From: Dendrobates tinctorius
Lineage: Eukaryota
Assembly: GCF_039654945.1 (NCBI RefSeq)
Contig: NW_027361897.1
Coordinates: 4,836,001 to 4,900,000 of the forward strand
Direction: 5' to 3'
Length of the DNA: 64,000 bases
Notes under the pieces: model-generated
Told to the model about the DNA's origin: nothing
The model's database searches: none
Seen by the model: only the letters and a program-made list of their open reading frames with translations
Part shown: positions 37,421 to 51,234 of the stretch, piece after piece
How positions within the stretch are numbered: the stretch's first letter is position 1
Layout: the number at the start of each line of letters is the position of its first letter
Program-made: the position numbers and the translations under genes

Positions 37421-40165
37421 CACAAGCAGTCAATGCACCGTTAATGTGACCAAACACTTCAGTGAACCTTCCCACCTACTTGTTTTCCATCTATTTCCGT
37501 CCTCCTCTTCCTTGATTGTCACTTCTGGCTTTACATAGGAGGACGGAAATAGTTGCAAAACAAGTAGGTGGAAAGATGTACTGAACTGTTTGGGCACGCT
37601 AAGGGTGCGCACCGTGCACCAGTCCTTTTTTTAAACAGTTTTTTTTGTGCTGACAGACTCCCTTTAAGACGGACAATTTGTAAAATATCGGGTCTCTTGT
37701 TTCATAATGTTCTTATAAAAGACGAATCCTTGTTGTCAACAGGGGTCAAAACAGAGTCGACTGAGAGCGACCACTAGGGGGCGCTTACTGAACTTACGGT
37801 ATGTTTATGATGTTTCCAATAATATGCCAAAAGCAATTGTGCACACACGTATACTGTGAAGTCTGGAGGCCAGGGAGAGATTTTGAGCTCTGTATCGGTA
37901 ACATAAAGCTCCTATACAATTCAAGATACATCTACTGTTAAATTAAGCATCTGCGTAATTTTGGAGCCATTTTGGACCTGTTACAGTAGAGAGATGCTTA
38001 TCTGCACCCTCCTGGCACTGACTGATACTGTTACTTAGGTTATAGGGGCTCTCTGCTGCTGCTGTTAATTATATTACCCCAATGGAGCCCATGAAAGGAG
38101 CACTTTGACCATTTTTCTTGGGTAGTACTTGATTACTAAGGACAGGGTTTACATAAAAATGAAACTTTTGTGTGTGCTGCGTCTCGATTCTCTATGAAAT
38201 AGTCAACTGTGGTGAAATGTGCCTTAAGAAAGTGGTAGTGTCATAATCAGTCAGATTCCAGCTTTCATTATACATTTTTTTTTATAGATTACTGATACAG
38301 ATTTCAGTTTTCAGCTATTTGATGGGAAAACGGTGTGAAATAAAATGCAATCACTTTTTTGCATCTACTTTGAAGTGCCAAATTTATTTTTTCATGCTTC
38401 TTCATGGAGAGCCACAACATGGAGAATTACAGGGGAGAATTGATATAAGCAACACTGAGAGGTTCGTACAGCGCAGTATATACCATTTCTAACAGTTTAC
38501 ATAGTGCCATCTGCTGTCCCTCCAGCGTAGCTGCAGTTGTTGCTAAAGCTCCAATAGTTCCTTCATTTGATTGGTTTGCGTAGGACTTTGATATTGATGG
38601 GCTATCCTTGTGGTGGAAGTCCGACATCTATCCAACACCCTCCATTCCTACCAATCAGCTTTTAACCAATCACACAGCCAGAAGTAAACAGTGTACAGAG
38701 CTGGAACACTACTGTTTCTCATACGGTGGAGTGGCCGTTTTTGGATAATATTGAGGTAAATGGGAGCTGAACTGTAGCACCTGAAAATGTCCACTACCCA
38801 GTATATGGATCTGTGGTGCTCCGCATTCATTCTTAGGTTATTTTCAGCCATTGTGAGACCTGCTGCCAACTGCTCATCGTAGGGATGCCGGGTGTCAAAC
38901 CCCCCCAATACTCTAATATTGAAGACCCATCCTAATGGTCGCCCATCTAAATCCAAGTCCTGGACATCCCATTTAGCTTTTTCTATTTTCAATACTGCAC
39001 ACTATGAAGCGATTATGGCCAAGATAGTAAGTCATCCCTAATCCATAAAATAGGGCATAACTTACTTATCACCAAGGGACGCGAGAACAGGACCCAGGAA
39101 CAAGGCAACCAGACAGTGCAAAGTCTTGTTTTGAATGGAGTCCACTCCAATTATTGTCTATCAAGCTATTATATAAAAAACAAGCACTGTTGGGGCTATC
39201 CCCAACAGTTCCAAAAACCGAGGAACAGCGAAAGGAGAAGAGGTTGAACGCGCACACCAACACTCTATTCAAAATAGGGCTCTGCAGAACCTTTTTCCCG
39301 AGGTCCTGAGGCCCATTCTTGGGATCACTGGGGGTTCCAGAATCCATCTCACCAGAAATCAGTCTATTTTATGTATGGGTGATAACGTATTACCCTTAAA
39401 GTATTGTATCCTATCACATAACGAAGTGTCACAAGTAACTATTGAAATGTCACTCTACCTAATGCATAGATTGATGCGCCTTGAAACGTCTTAAGCTTGA
39501 ACGTCTTTGCAACTAATTAATGGTTACTACATGTCTTTCATTTGGCAGCTGATCTAAAAAAAAAAAATTCTAAGCACTACCGAAATACACTGACAACCTC
39601 ATCTAGTCTGCGGATGGTTTTATTTTAGAAGTGCTAGCTCGATGCCCCTGCCAGGTGGTCAGATGCCAGCCAGTAATCATACTCCCTGACTGTAAGTCCT
39701 TAGGCTGAGCCAGCAGTACACCTGGTAAATTGTAGAAAAAAAAATCCCCATCTCATACAAATCCATCCTTCTGCAGCCAGCTCTCCATTTATCAAGCAAG
39801 GCTAAGAAAGAAGTTATTTGCTTGTTATAAACAAGACCCTGCAGCTGGCGATTGAGCGCCGCACCCTGTCAGCATCCTTCTGGACGCGCATTAACCCATT
39901 TAGCACCGGCATGGCATAGGTTAAAAATAGCCGCCTGTCCTCCCTGCCTGTTGTAATTGCTGGGCTTGGAATCAATCCATCCATTATAGACTCAAATGTA
40001 ACAGAAGCTGGCAAGACAGGAAAGGTTATTTTCTGCCTGTGATTGCAGGGATTTGTCGGATGCCATTTAAATGGAAATGATCATGAAATGCAGACATATC
40101 TGGAAATAATACACACACATTTCTTTGTTTTAAAAATTGATGTTATTAACTAGGGTGTTAGTTTA

Positions 40166-40575
40166 GGCTACTTTCACACTAGCGTCGTGCACTGCACGTC
40201 GCTATGTGACATTGCAGCGCACCGACGCATATTGTGGAAGCGCCGCACAACGGGGGCAGCGGATGCTGTTTTTCATCGCATCCGCTGCCCCATTGTGAGG
40301 TGTGGGAAGGCGGGGGCGGAGTTCTGGCCGCGCGTGCGCGGTCGGAAATGCTGCAGACGACGCACCAAAAAACGTTACATGTAACGTTTTTTGGTGGCGA
40401 CGGTCCGACGCAACCGTCGCACGACGGTTGCGACGTGTGGCAATGCGTCGCACTGCGTTGTTAATAAATGTCTATGGAGAAAAAACGCATCCTGCAAGCA
40501 CTTTTGAAGGATGCATTTTTACTTCAAAACGACGCATAGCGACGTGCAGTGCATGACGCTAGTGTGAAAGTAGCC
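40166..40575. mobile_element. PIF/Harbinger-type MITE
   Basis: Long TIR GGCTACTTTCACACTAGCGTC; TSD TTA. Confidence 0.92.
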
Positions 40576-40920
40576 TTAGGATGAAAGTAGCACATTTTAT
40601 AAGGCTATATGCAAAACAATTTATGCAATTGTAAATGCTGCTTATATAAAAAATGTATGGCTAGATTTGTGGAAGGTCTCAAGAGATGAATGATGAGATT
40701 GGTGATCTGGTGATTTTTATGTAATGTTTCCCATTACAGCTAGAGGAGGGCACAGGCAGAAAAGGACCCTGGACATAGTAGAATGGTGCATAAGCCCCAT
40801 CCTCTTTAATAGGACCTCCCTAGACAACCATAAGATGGGTGATAATTAATAATTAATGGGATTCTGACCAGTAGAATACCCACCAATCCCAAGATTAGGA
40901 TTCCAAAGGATGGTGTTTAA

Positions 40921-41317
40921 AAGGAATCTATCACCAGGTTTTTGCTACTTCATTTGAAAAGCAACATGTATGAAAAGAGATACTGATGTCAGTGATGTAT
41001 CACTTAGTTGACTGGGTGCAGCAGCTGTGACATAATTAGTTTTTAGCAGAACTCAGAAAGCTGCCCTTGCTCACTCTACAGCTTTCTGTGTACACATTGT
41101 CTATTGACAGTAAGCTGCTAATCAGAGGAGGGGGTATGATTGGACCAGGGCTCCCAAGAACATCAGTCTGGGCAGTGATTATATCCTGGTGATAAAACCT
41201 TCATTGTATGGAAACAACAGCACACAGCCTAAGTGACACATCTCTGAAACCTGTATATTAGCTGCTACCTCATGTTGTACTCAGATTACATAGGAAAAAC
41301 CTCCTGACAGATTCAAT
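40921..41317. mobile_element. Kolobok/T2-like MITE
   Basis: TTAA|AAGGAATCTATCACCAGG...CCTGACAGATTCAAT|TTAA. Confidence 0.72.
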
Positions 41318-41511
41318 TTAATGCTTATGTATGACTGCTGCACCAGGAAAGTAAAGATAGTAGAGGAGTCTCGTACATACATCTTAAAAAGGCTGAAATG
41401 AGTTTACCATAGCTACAAAAATTCATCAGTAGTCTCATACTGATGCTTTCTTTTCAGGAACCCCTTAGTTGTAGGGTACACTAGTTGGAGAACAGTAATA
41501 TTATTATTATA

Positions 41512-42816
41512 CACAGATGCAATGAGAAATATTCAACCCCAATTGTAAATTAAGTTTATTAGCAAAAATGTACAATTTTTCTGTTTTCAAGAACTTTTTC
41601 TGAAAATTGAATGTACAGAATTCTATGCAGATCCTAGAGATACTCATAGAAATACAATAGTTCACAAATTCAAAGTTAAAGGAACGGTGGCGACATTATC
41701 TGGACACAGAAGAAAGCGGAAGCCATCACTGGCTGCCTTCAAATTTCTGAGTAGACAGGTAGTGAAAAATCCTCAAGTTATTGTAAAAGACTTGCATCAG
41801 GATTTGATATCATTAGGCATTGAGGTTTCAGTCAACACTATAAAATGCAAACTAAATGCTGAAGGTCTCCATGCCCGACTCCAAGACGTACACCTCTATT
41901 GATTCAAATGCAAAAAAAAGTTGGCTCCAATATACTCAACACATATAAATAAAGCAGAAAAGTTTGGGGATTCGGATCTGTAGAGTTATAAAATGTACTG
42001 GAACTTTTATGGATCAGTGATATGCTTTTAGGAGAAAGAATTGAGCTTCTACTAAAAAGAACAGCCTGCCTACAGTGAAGCATGGAATTGGTTTGGTGAT
42101 ACTTACAGATAAAAAAAATTTGGTGGCTTAGTGATGCCTGCAGTGAAGCATGGCCCTGGCTCGATGATTCCTACAGTGAAGTAAGGTGGTTGTTTAGTTA
42201 TGCCTCCAGTGAAGCAAGGTTATGGCTCATTGATGCCTACAGTGAAGCATGGCGGTGGCTCGGTGATGCCTCCAGTGAAGCATGACAGGAACTTGGTTGA
42301 TGCCTACATTAAAGAATCTCTATGGCACAGTGATGCTATGAGGTTGCTTTGCTTCCTTTGGTACTAGAAACTTGCAGCATGTAGAGTGCAAGACAGATTC
42401 AGTCAAGTGTCGAGAAATCCTAAGAGAAAATATTATGCCTTCTGTGAGGAAGCTGAATCTTGCATATCATTGGATCTTCCAACAAGACAATGAGCCCAAG
42501 CATACCATAAAGTTGATCAAGACTTGATTTTAGAAGTCTTAGAAGACACTGGAAGGGCCATCACAGTTGCCTAACTTAACATAAAAAAATTTTGCTCAGA
42601 TTTATAGAAATTGATGGCAGCATAAAAACCTAAGTAAAGTATATTAGTGAACTGAAGCCTATTACCCATGAAGAATGGGGTGTGATTCCTTAGGAACACT
42701 GCCAGAAGTTGCTGTCTTGCTATGCATCACTTTGCTTCCGGACATAGCTGCTAAAGGTGCTCTACAAAATTCTAAATGCATTTATCATAAAGGGGTTGAA
42801 TAATTCTGAGACTGCT
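41512..42816 (+). mobile_element. Degraded Tc1-like transposon with internal 33-bp tandem amplification
   Basis: Ends 'tattcaacccc' / 'ggggttgaataa'; remnants KFKVKGTVATLSG, PTVKHG, FQQDNEPKH. Confidence 0.82.
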
Positions 42817-43004
42817 TAATGCTTAATTTACTAGTTTACTAGTATGCTGCATCTTCAATTGGATCAGACTTTTATTTTTCTAATACAGAGCTCAAAATCT
42901 CTTGTTGACCTTCAGAGCTCACAGTATAAATGTGCTTACAGTTGCTATTAGCATGTTAATAGAAGTGTGTAAAACATTGACCAAAACTGACAGTTTCACT
43001 ATTA

Positions 43005-43796
43005 GACTGCATTCACACGTTGCGTTTTTTTCACGGCGGGTTTTAACGCGCAATTTTGCCACGAAAACGCAAAAACACAGCATCCCATGCAATCCTATGG
43101 GATTCCGCAATGCTGTGCTAATGCTGTAGATTTTCCCACGGCGGAATCGCAGCATGCTAATTATTTTGCGGAATTGCGGCGTTTCCGCCCACATAGGAAT
43201 GCATTGTTCTGCTTACTTTCCGCATGTGACTGTGCCCACCACGCGAAAAGTAAGCAGAACATTTGCAGATGGTACCCACGGTCTGGAGGAGAGGAGACTC
43301 CCTCCTCCAGGCTCTGGGTACCTTATCCCTGTAAAAAATAGAATTAAAATAAAAAATTGGGTTATATTCACCTCCCAGCGTCCCGCACAGCCTTACCGAT
43401 GCTCCCGCCAACTCCCGTTCCTTGCGTCAAGGACCTGTGATGATGTAGCGGTCTCGCAAGACTGCTACAGTATCGTGAGACCGCTATGTCATCAAAGGTC
43501 TCGCAAGGCATTACTGGGAACGGGAGCGTCGCGAGGGTCAGGAACGCTGCGCGGGACATCAGAAGGTGAGAAAAACACGATTTTTTATTTTTTTTATTGT
43601 AACATTAGATCTTTTTACTACTGATGCTACAGATCTCTTGGAAAACGCTAGCATTCTGAAAGCTAATTACGCTTGCAAATCACTAGTTTTTCCACAGGAA
43701 AATTGTGGGAATTAAAAATACAGTTTTCTCGCGGAATGGAATTCTGGAATTCCTGTGGTAACTTCCGTGGGAGTTCCGCAAAGTGTGCACTTAGCC
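43005..43796. mobile_element. PIF/Harbinger-type MITE (family of 31545-32461)
   Basis: TSD TTA; inverted homology to 31545-32461. Confidence 0.85.
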
Positions 43797-43879
43797 TTAC
43801 AGATAACATCATCTGGCTGTGTATGAAGTGACTGATGTCCTATATATTCCATAATGCATCTACCTCCTTCCCACTAGTA

Positions 43880-44609
43880 TGTTGCCAGTGTGGGGAAGGT
43901 GACTTGACGGACAGACTTAACTGGAAGTAGGAGGGAACGGTTGGTTCACTATGGACGGAGATTGACAAGGACAGTAGGGTGATAGCTGGGAAAGATAGAC
44001 AAGAGAGTGCAGTACCTAGAAATGACCACGAGATGGCAGGGGGGAGTAGTTCAGGACTCAACAGCAGCTTAGGGCTTGAGAAACGCTTAGTCATGGGGGG
44101 CGGGGAGATAGGAACCCAGGAGGGAAATTCCAGAGGGAGGGGATAAATAGGACAGGACAGGGTTCCAGGTGAGTCTAGTCCCGGGAGGAGCTCAAGAGCA
44201 GAAGACTGACAACGGTGGAGAGCTCGACCAGGGGACTGACGGGAAGAGAAATTCAGGGGGGTGGCCATGACATCAAGAACCGCAGGACAGACGAGGGGTA
44301 CCGATTGGACGACGACCTCGGGCAGGTTAAGCGCTGGCGGTAGATAGGTCTAGGGCAGCCCCAGCGAAAGATCCGCGAGGAACGTCACTATGACTGAAGG
44401 AAGGTGAAGGTACCCGGGCCTGAGTACGGAGGGCTGTAAAGGAACTGCGGTGTATGGCTACGGTCGTCAGGAGGACGGCCAATAAAACCCAGACCTGTTG
44501 CAACTGAAATCTGCCTCCATCTCATATGTGTCGGCTGTGCGCGGAAGCAGTGGACCACCCCCCAATCCGGGCCATTACCACACCAGAGTCAAACGCAGCC
44601 AACGGTGAC
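43880..44609 (+). mobile_element. Probable solo LTR
   Basis: GC/purine-rich block with TGT...ACA ends, TATA-like 'gataaatagg' at about 44142 and AATAAA at 44481; no TSD identified. Confidence 0.45.
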
Positions 44610-47600
44610 ATGGATTTAGTAGTACTGCTGCCCAGACAGCTGGTGCCAGTTGTGGTGGTGGTGCTTCTGCTGCCAATGGCAGCTCCCATTATTCAACCCT
44701 TACTTAAATGGATGAATCAAGAACTTCTAGGTAGGTAGGTACGCGTACAGAAGTAAAATATGTCAGCAGGCCACAGGATGGGTGTGGCATGTATGTTATC
44801 AAATTGGACTAGTAAAACAGCTGTGCAAAAACAGACATTCACAGTTATTGGATTTGGGAGAATTTTTCTTCCTTCACAAAAGTATTGCAGAATAAATGCT
44901 CAGTCCTCATTACATTTGCTTTTTTCTATAATAAAAATATTGTGCTGCCTTGCTGCTGCTGCTGCTTTTTCATGTACAATTTTTGGGGCTATTTGTGCGA
45001 ATTGAATCTCAAATTGTTTGAATTTGCCTGAACCTATGAATTTCATAAAATGCATAACATATTTGATTCACATCAAAAAATTTTCTTCTCTCTAAACATA
45101 ATTGAAGCCATAACCACTGTAAGGGATCTCTTAGGCGGCCATATACATCGGACCAAGATTGGAAAACAGTGCACGGACTGGCCGGCTGCCCTCTCAATCT
45201 AGTCATGACAGTTTCATGTATTTCTATGCAACTGTCAGACTCGGATCGGGAGAGCTGCCGGCCAGTCCTTGCACTGCGTTTCGATCTCAGTCCGATTTAT
45301 ACAGCTGTCTGACTGCGCCCTAAATGTGGTTCCACAGACAGCATTTCAAAAGGAACGATGCACTACAATTTGTGATACTTTTTTTTGAGCCAAGAAATGG
45401 ATGTACCAGGCAGAAGTATGAGTATTCACTTTATGCTTCCAATCCCATTTGAATCTTTTTCTGCTTTGGCTGAAAAAAAATAATTAAATAATCAATTGGC
45501 CATTTTGGCCAAAACATTATTTCTGTAGCCACCCGTTTTGTTGTAACCATTGTTATTACAACTGTGTTCATTTCCATTATTGCTACGCCGGTCATATAAT
45601 AAATTCAGCCAAACGTGCCCTAGAAGACAAAGCCAAGGTCAATGGTTTTGAGAACTAGTAAAAAAAGCATCAGGTTGCAGAGTAAGGTAATTTTTGGATC
45701 ATCATTTACTAAAAGTAGTAAGGCAGAATGGTACATTTACTAGTGCAATTGCGTGCAACGCGTTCTACAAGACACATAAGTTTACTGAATGAAGCTGTCT
45801 GTTCAGCATAGCTTAACAGCACCCTCTGGGCTTTGAGTCAGCAAAGCTCCATCACACTTTCGCAGATTTGTATCTAAGCACTGTCCACCATGTACAATTT
45901 GGATATCATACTATTGAAATGACCTTACTTTAAGTTAGAGGTGGGCACCCAGTTTATGAGCTGGCGTAATATTTTCAAAAAAGTGGCTAAATCACACGTC
46001 ATAAGAAAAGTCTATAATTACTAAAAAATTGTCAACAAAATGTATTTCTACTATTAAGAAAAAAAAACCCAGTAATCAGGACACATTCATTCCTATTCTA
46101 TTACTTTTTAAAGCCAAGATACTGGGTGCCAGAATTACTTTTATTGCCTTTCCTCTGAAAAATTTATATGAATTATATGGCTATTTTAATATACATCTGA
46201 ATGGTGAGTAAAGATGTTTCCTTTTTTTCTAAAAGCCAAAAACATCTTATACACCAAAGCTACATCAATGAAAAGAAAAGTAATACAGTATAGAGGGCAT
46301 TTATTTTGTCTTTTGGTCCAATTTCAAAAAGTTGCAAATTTCGGTGCACACCATTTTTGCACAAAAATTGTGACTTTTTGTGATTTTATGCCGCTTTTGC
46401 CGCCTTTCAAAAGTGGGTGTGACTTGGTATACAAATGAGAGCTAAGACAGATTAATGATTTTTCAAAAAGTCATTAAAAAGTCTTAAGATCAATCCACTA
46501 AGGGGATGGCGGAAAAGGTGTAGCAAAGTTTCTCTGGACAAATCATGAGATTTTAAGATGCACCAAATTCAGCGACCGTCATGTGAGAGTTTAATAAAAT
46601 TAGTGCAGATAATTTCAATGCAGATAAAAAGAAAGGTGGCTTAAAAAAGTGCCAGTGATAATGCAAAACCCCCTATGGATGGAGATTTATCATCCTCTGT
46701 ATGCCAATGCGCTGGAGTGAAAGGCCCCCAATTCATCAAACAGTTTCCAATACTTATCTAGCGTAAAACTGCTCGAAACTAAACAAAGTTATTTTGCAAC
46801 TTGAAATTGCTCAAAAATTTTGCAACTTTTGGCATTTTTATTCCCATCTCGATTTTTGAAAAGTGGGTGGAGCTTAGATAAAGGGGGCGTGGATGAGCAA
46901 AACTGACAATTCCTCATAACTTACAACAAAAAAGTACATTTTTTATAGTAGCTCACAGCAGAGGAAAAATGTACTAATTTCTTTTAGAGGTACTTGCTTC
47001 TTGATGAATTTGGTGCATATTATTTCAACGCACTCTTCATTAAGGCTGGTGTGCAAAACAAGTCTTGATTAATTGGTGCCAAAATGTTACACAACTAGCT
47101 GCACGTTGCAGTTTTGAAAAATGTTGAGACTTTTTACCCTTTTGCACCAGGCCAGGAACTTTTCTTAAAACATTAAGCAATTCTTAATGAAATGGGGCAT
47201 GGCCTACTATTTCATGACAGACTTACTTGAATACACCAGAGAAAACCGGAGGCAACTTTTGTTGACGTCTACAACAGCTAATTTTCTGGCATGCAGACAT
47301 CACAAGTGTACCAAATTTATCAAATTGTCACTCTTTGTTTGATAAATTTGGCACATCTTTAAATGTAAAACTTCTGGGTAAAGCTTTTTCTCCACTTTTT
47401 ACTCCATTTGCAACTTTTCTGGTGAGGGCAACACAAAATTGTTAATTTTTGCAAATGTATGAAAAAAAAAATACATTTTACCTCTTGAGCTTTGAAGTAA
47501 ATTGTGTCATCTTTTATCATCATGTCATATTAAAGGCAATTCTGTAATTTTTTCATAGCTCCATTGTCTAATAGAGGGTTTGATATCCCCAATATAGACA

Positions 47601-47733
47601 AATATTTTAAAATAATTGTCGCATTGTCTTGTGTAGCCACCATAAGAGGGAGCTCAGAAGCTTACTGTACACTGTTTTATTATTAGTACAATATCACAAT
47701 AATATGCAGTAAGCGCCTAAGCTTTCTCTAGTG

Positions 47734-49926
47734 CACACATGTCAAACTCTGGGTGAGTGTATTCGGTCCACGATTCTCCCCATCCAGCATCGCAAATTCA
47801 ACTGTATCGTCATCCTGAATACCTATACAGTTGAAAGCAATGATAAAAGAGGGAGTCGTCAGCTGATGCTCCCTTCGCCATCATTCTTCCTCTCCGTATC
47901 AGTGGAGCGGGTGCGATAACATGACTACGATGAGCTCATTGTGCTGAGCAGTGCATAGATTCAGAGCGCTCACTGCCGAGCCTGAAGTAGAGGAGGTATG
48001 GGGAGAGGTGATTATTTTTTTTTTTTTTAATCTGGGGCCCATTATACTGTATTGAGGACTATGTGGGACTTTTATACTATATGGAAGGCAATGCAAGGCT
48101 CATTATACTGTATGGAGAACTATGTGGGCCCACCATACTATATGGAAGGCTATGTGGGGCCTATTATACTGTATAGAAAGCAATTTCGAGCCCATTATAC
48201 TGTATGGAGGACTGTGTAGGGCCATTATACTGTATGGAGGCCTATGTGGGGAAATTATACTGTATGGAAGGTAATGCAGGGCCTATTACACTGTATGAAT
48301 GACTATCTGGGGCCATTATACAGTATTGAAGGTAATGCAGTATTTATCATACTGTATGGAGGACTATGTGGGGTTATTGTACTGTATGGAAGGCAATGCA
48401 GGACCCATTATACTGTATCGAAGACCATGTGGGTTTATTATACTGTATGGAAGGCAATGTAGGGACCATTATACTGTAAGAAGGACTATTAAGAACTATG
48501 TGGGGCCATTATACTGTATGAAGGACTATTAAGAACTATGTGGGGCCATTATACTGTATGAAGGACTATGTGGGTCCATCATACTATATGGAAGGCTATG
48601 CAAGGTTCATTATACTGTATGGGGAACTATGTGGGCCCATCATACTGTATGTAAGGCTATGTGGGGCCTATTATACTGTATAGAAAGCAATTTCGAGCCC
48701 ATTATGCTGTATGGAGGACTGTGTAGGGCCATTATACTGTATGGAGGCCTATGTGGGGAAATTATACTGTATGGAAGGTAATGCAGGGCCTATTATACTG
48801 TATGAATGACTATCTGGGGCCATTATACAGTATTGAAGGTAATGCAGCATTTATCATACTGTATGGAGGACTATGTGGGGTTATTGTACTGTATGGAAGG
48901 CAATGCAGGGACCATTATACTGTAGGAAGGACTATTAAGAACTATGTGGGGCCATTATACTGTATGAAGGACTATATGGGGCCATCATACTATATGGAAG
49001 GTTATGCAAGGTTCATTATACTGTATGGGGAACTATGTGGGCCCATCATACTGTATGTAAGGCTATGTGGGGCCCAGTGCACTGTATGAAAAGCAATGTG
49101 GAGGCCATTATAATGTATGGGGGACTATGTAAGGTAATTATACTATATGGAAGGCAATGCAAGGCCCATTATACTGTAGGAAGGACTGTGGGGCCATCAT
49201 ACTGTATGAAAGGCAATGCAGGGCCTATTTTACTGTACGGAGAACTATGTGGGGCCATTATACTGTATAGAGAACTATGTGGGGCTATTATACTATATGG
49301 AAGTCAACAGAGGGTCCATTATACTGTATGGAGGACTATGGGGGTTATTATACTGTATGGAAGGCAATGTAGGGCCCATTACCGAATATTGTAGGAAGGA
49401 CTATGAAGGACTATGTGGGGCCATTATACTGTATGAAGGCTGTTTCAGGATCACAGTTGGGGAATCAAACTCTGATGGCATCACTGTACTTTGTCAGGGT
49501 GGTTGGGGGGTACAGTAGGGTCATCATATCGTGCGTGTTGAGGGTACTGTGAAGTAATTCATTGTGGATGTATCTTACTGTGTTTGGTGGCTACTTTTGC
49601 TGGTGTCATACTTTATTATTTGTATTACTTAGTTATTCATATTTAAATTATTCCATGTCGCCATATGCTTTCACAGCTCTCACATATTACTTACTGCAGT
49701 ATACCCTATTTGTGGCTATTTGTTTACTTCATTCTAAGATCTAATAATTAAAATGTACTTTGTTTGTGGGACAACTACTTGAAGTTTGTTTACATTGTTA
49801 TATTTGGTAATAAGGAAAAAGTTCCTCAATTGTAGACATTTTTTTTTACTAAATATCAAGGTTTGGCCATGACTTTGTCCACGTTTTTAATTTTAGCCCT
49901 CTGTGTATTTGAGTTTGACTTCCCTG
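47734..49926. mobile_element. hAT (Charlie-like) non-autonomous element carrying a 30-bp minisatellite
   Basis: Ends CA....TGTCAAACTC / GAGTTTGACTTCCCTG; TSD CTCTAGTG / CTCTAGTT (7 of 8). Confidence 0.8.
48034..49440 (+). repeat. 30-bp minisatellite with a duplicated block of about 507 bp
   Basis: Unit cattatactgtatggaggactatgtggggc; the block at 48244 recurs at 48751. Confidence 0.93.
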
Positions 49927-50049
49927 CTCTAGTTGTAGCTGTAGGCCAGCAAAATGTTATCTTTTACTTTAAGTAGAATGAACCTCTGTGTCATGTAAGG
50001 GCGGCCATTTACTTTACGGTTAAAAATTGTTACATTACTGAGTGATTAA

Positions 50050-51234
50050 GGAGGACCTGTCACTTGCCATAAATATGTTCTTACCTGGTAAAAATGTCGA
50101 TATTTTCTTAATTTCTAAAAAAGAAAAAAATATTTTGAGCTATGGTAAAAAAAAGACTATGAAATATTATTAGTTTATATGGCAACATATTAAATTACAG
50201 CTAAAGCATTCCTAAACAGTAAAATAAACACTGTTGTAGCTGAATTCTTGAAAGGATCTTTCAATTCCCATAAATATGTATATTTTTTAAGTGGTGCATA
50301 TGCCACTTTTCTCCTGAGTCTGCAAATGTTTGGGGTTTTTTTGCTGTTCATGCACCCCTCCTATCCTGAGATATGGCCCCCTCTTCGCTCGATATAAATC
50401 TAGTCTTTTTTTTCCAACTGGGCGTGTCCCTTAAAAAGACTCCTATAGAGCAGTTTTGATGAGCTCTCCCCCTTGGATAAAAAGAGTAGATTTATTTACA
50501 TGGAAGATAGGGCCATATCTCAGGAATGGAGAGGTGCAGGAAAATAAGAGAAACACTGATATATATATATATGTACTAGCTATTGAACCCATTCTACGCC
50601 CGGATGGCGAGAATTTATATTGGTATATGGTCTCCATCCTCACGTATTTTATATATATATTCAGTAGAAAGTGTCTGGATTGCTCCGCTGACGTATTTTA
50701 TATATATATTCAGTAGAAAGTGTCTGGATTGCTCCGCTGATGTATTTTATATATATATTCAATAGAAAGTGGCTGGTATTTTATATATATTTATTAGAAA
50801 GTCGCTGGATTGCTTCGCTGACGTATCTATAAAAATGGTGCCGGAAAGTGTGGACTGCGCAGGCGCCAATTCCGGCGACACAACCTGCCCTCGCCTGACT
50901 TCACGGCCTTATTTCAATAATTTCTGCCCACCAACAAAATGGTGCCTGAAGTGCACTATACGCATGCGCCATTTCCGACGGAGGATTCATGTCCCGGCCT
51001 CCGTCCAGAAGAGACCCTGCGGCAATAGGTAAGTTGTTGTACTGGAGATTGCGGCATGCATTTAGTGCTTACGCATACCGCGATCTCCTGGGCCACAATC
51101 CTCTTTCCCGGATGTATAACTCTGTGGGGTCCAGACTGCGCAGGCGTGTTGTGCTTGCGCAGTCTATAAAGACTTCAGACAGAGTGACGCTCCTAGCATT
51201 ATATTATAGATATATAGCAAGTGATAGGTCCTCT
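50050..51234. mobile_element. Kolobok/T2-like MITE containing a nested Helitron
   Basis: TTAA|GGAGGACCTGTCACTTGC...GCAAGTGATAGGTCCTCT|TTAA. Confidence 0.8.
50576..51210 (-). mobile_element. Short non-autonomous Helitron
   Basis: Minus strand A|TCTATAATATAATGCTAGG...subterminal GC-rich hairpin-like segment...CTAG|T, inserted in a (TA)n run with no TSD. Confidence 0.82.

Noticed and set aside
45940-47430. Cluster of AT-rich imperfect inverted repeats
   Set aside because: Looks like several old MITEs similar to 20431-21220, but I could not fix boundaries or TSDs.
48244-49518. Several ORFs over the 30-bp array (also 32414-33013 and 31805-32364)
   Set aside because: By-products of tandem repeats or GC-rich palindromic MITEs, with no domain motifs.
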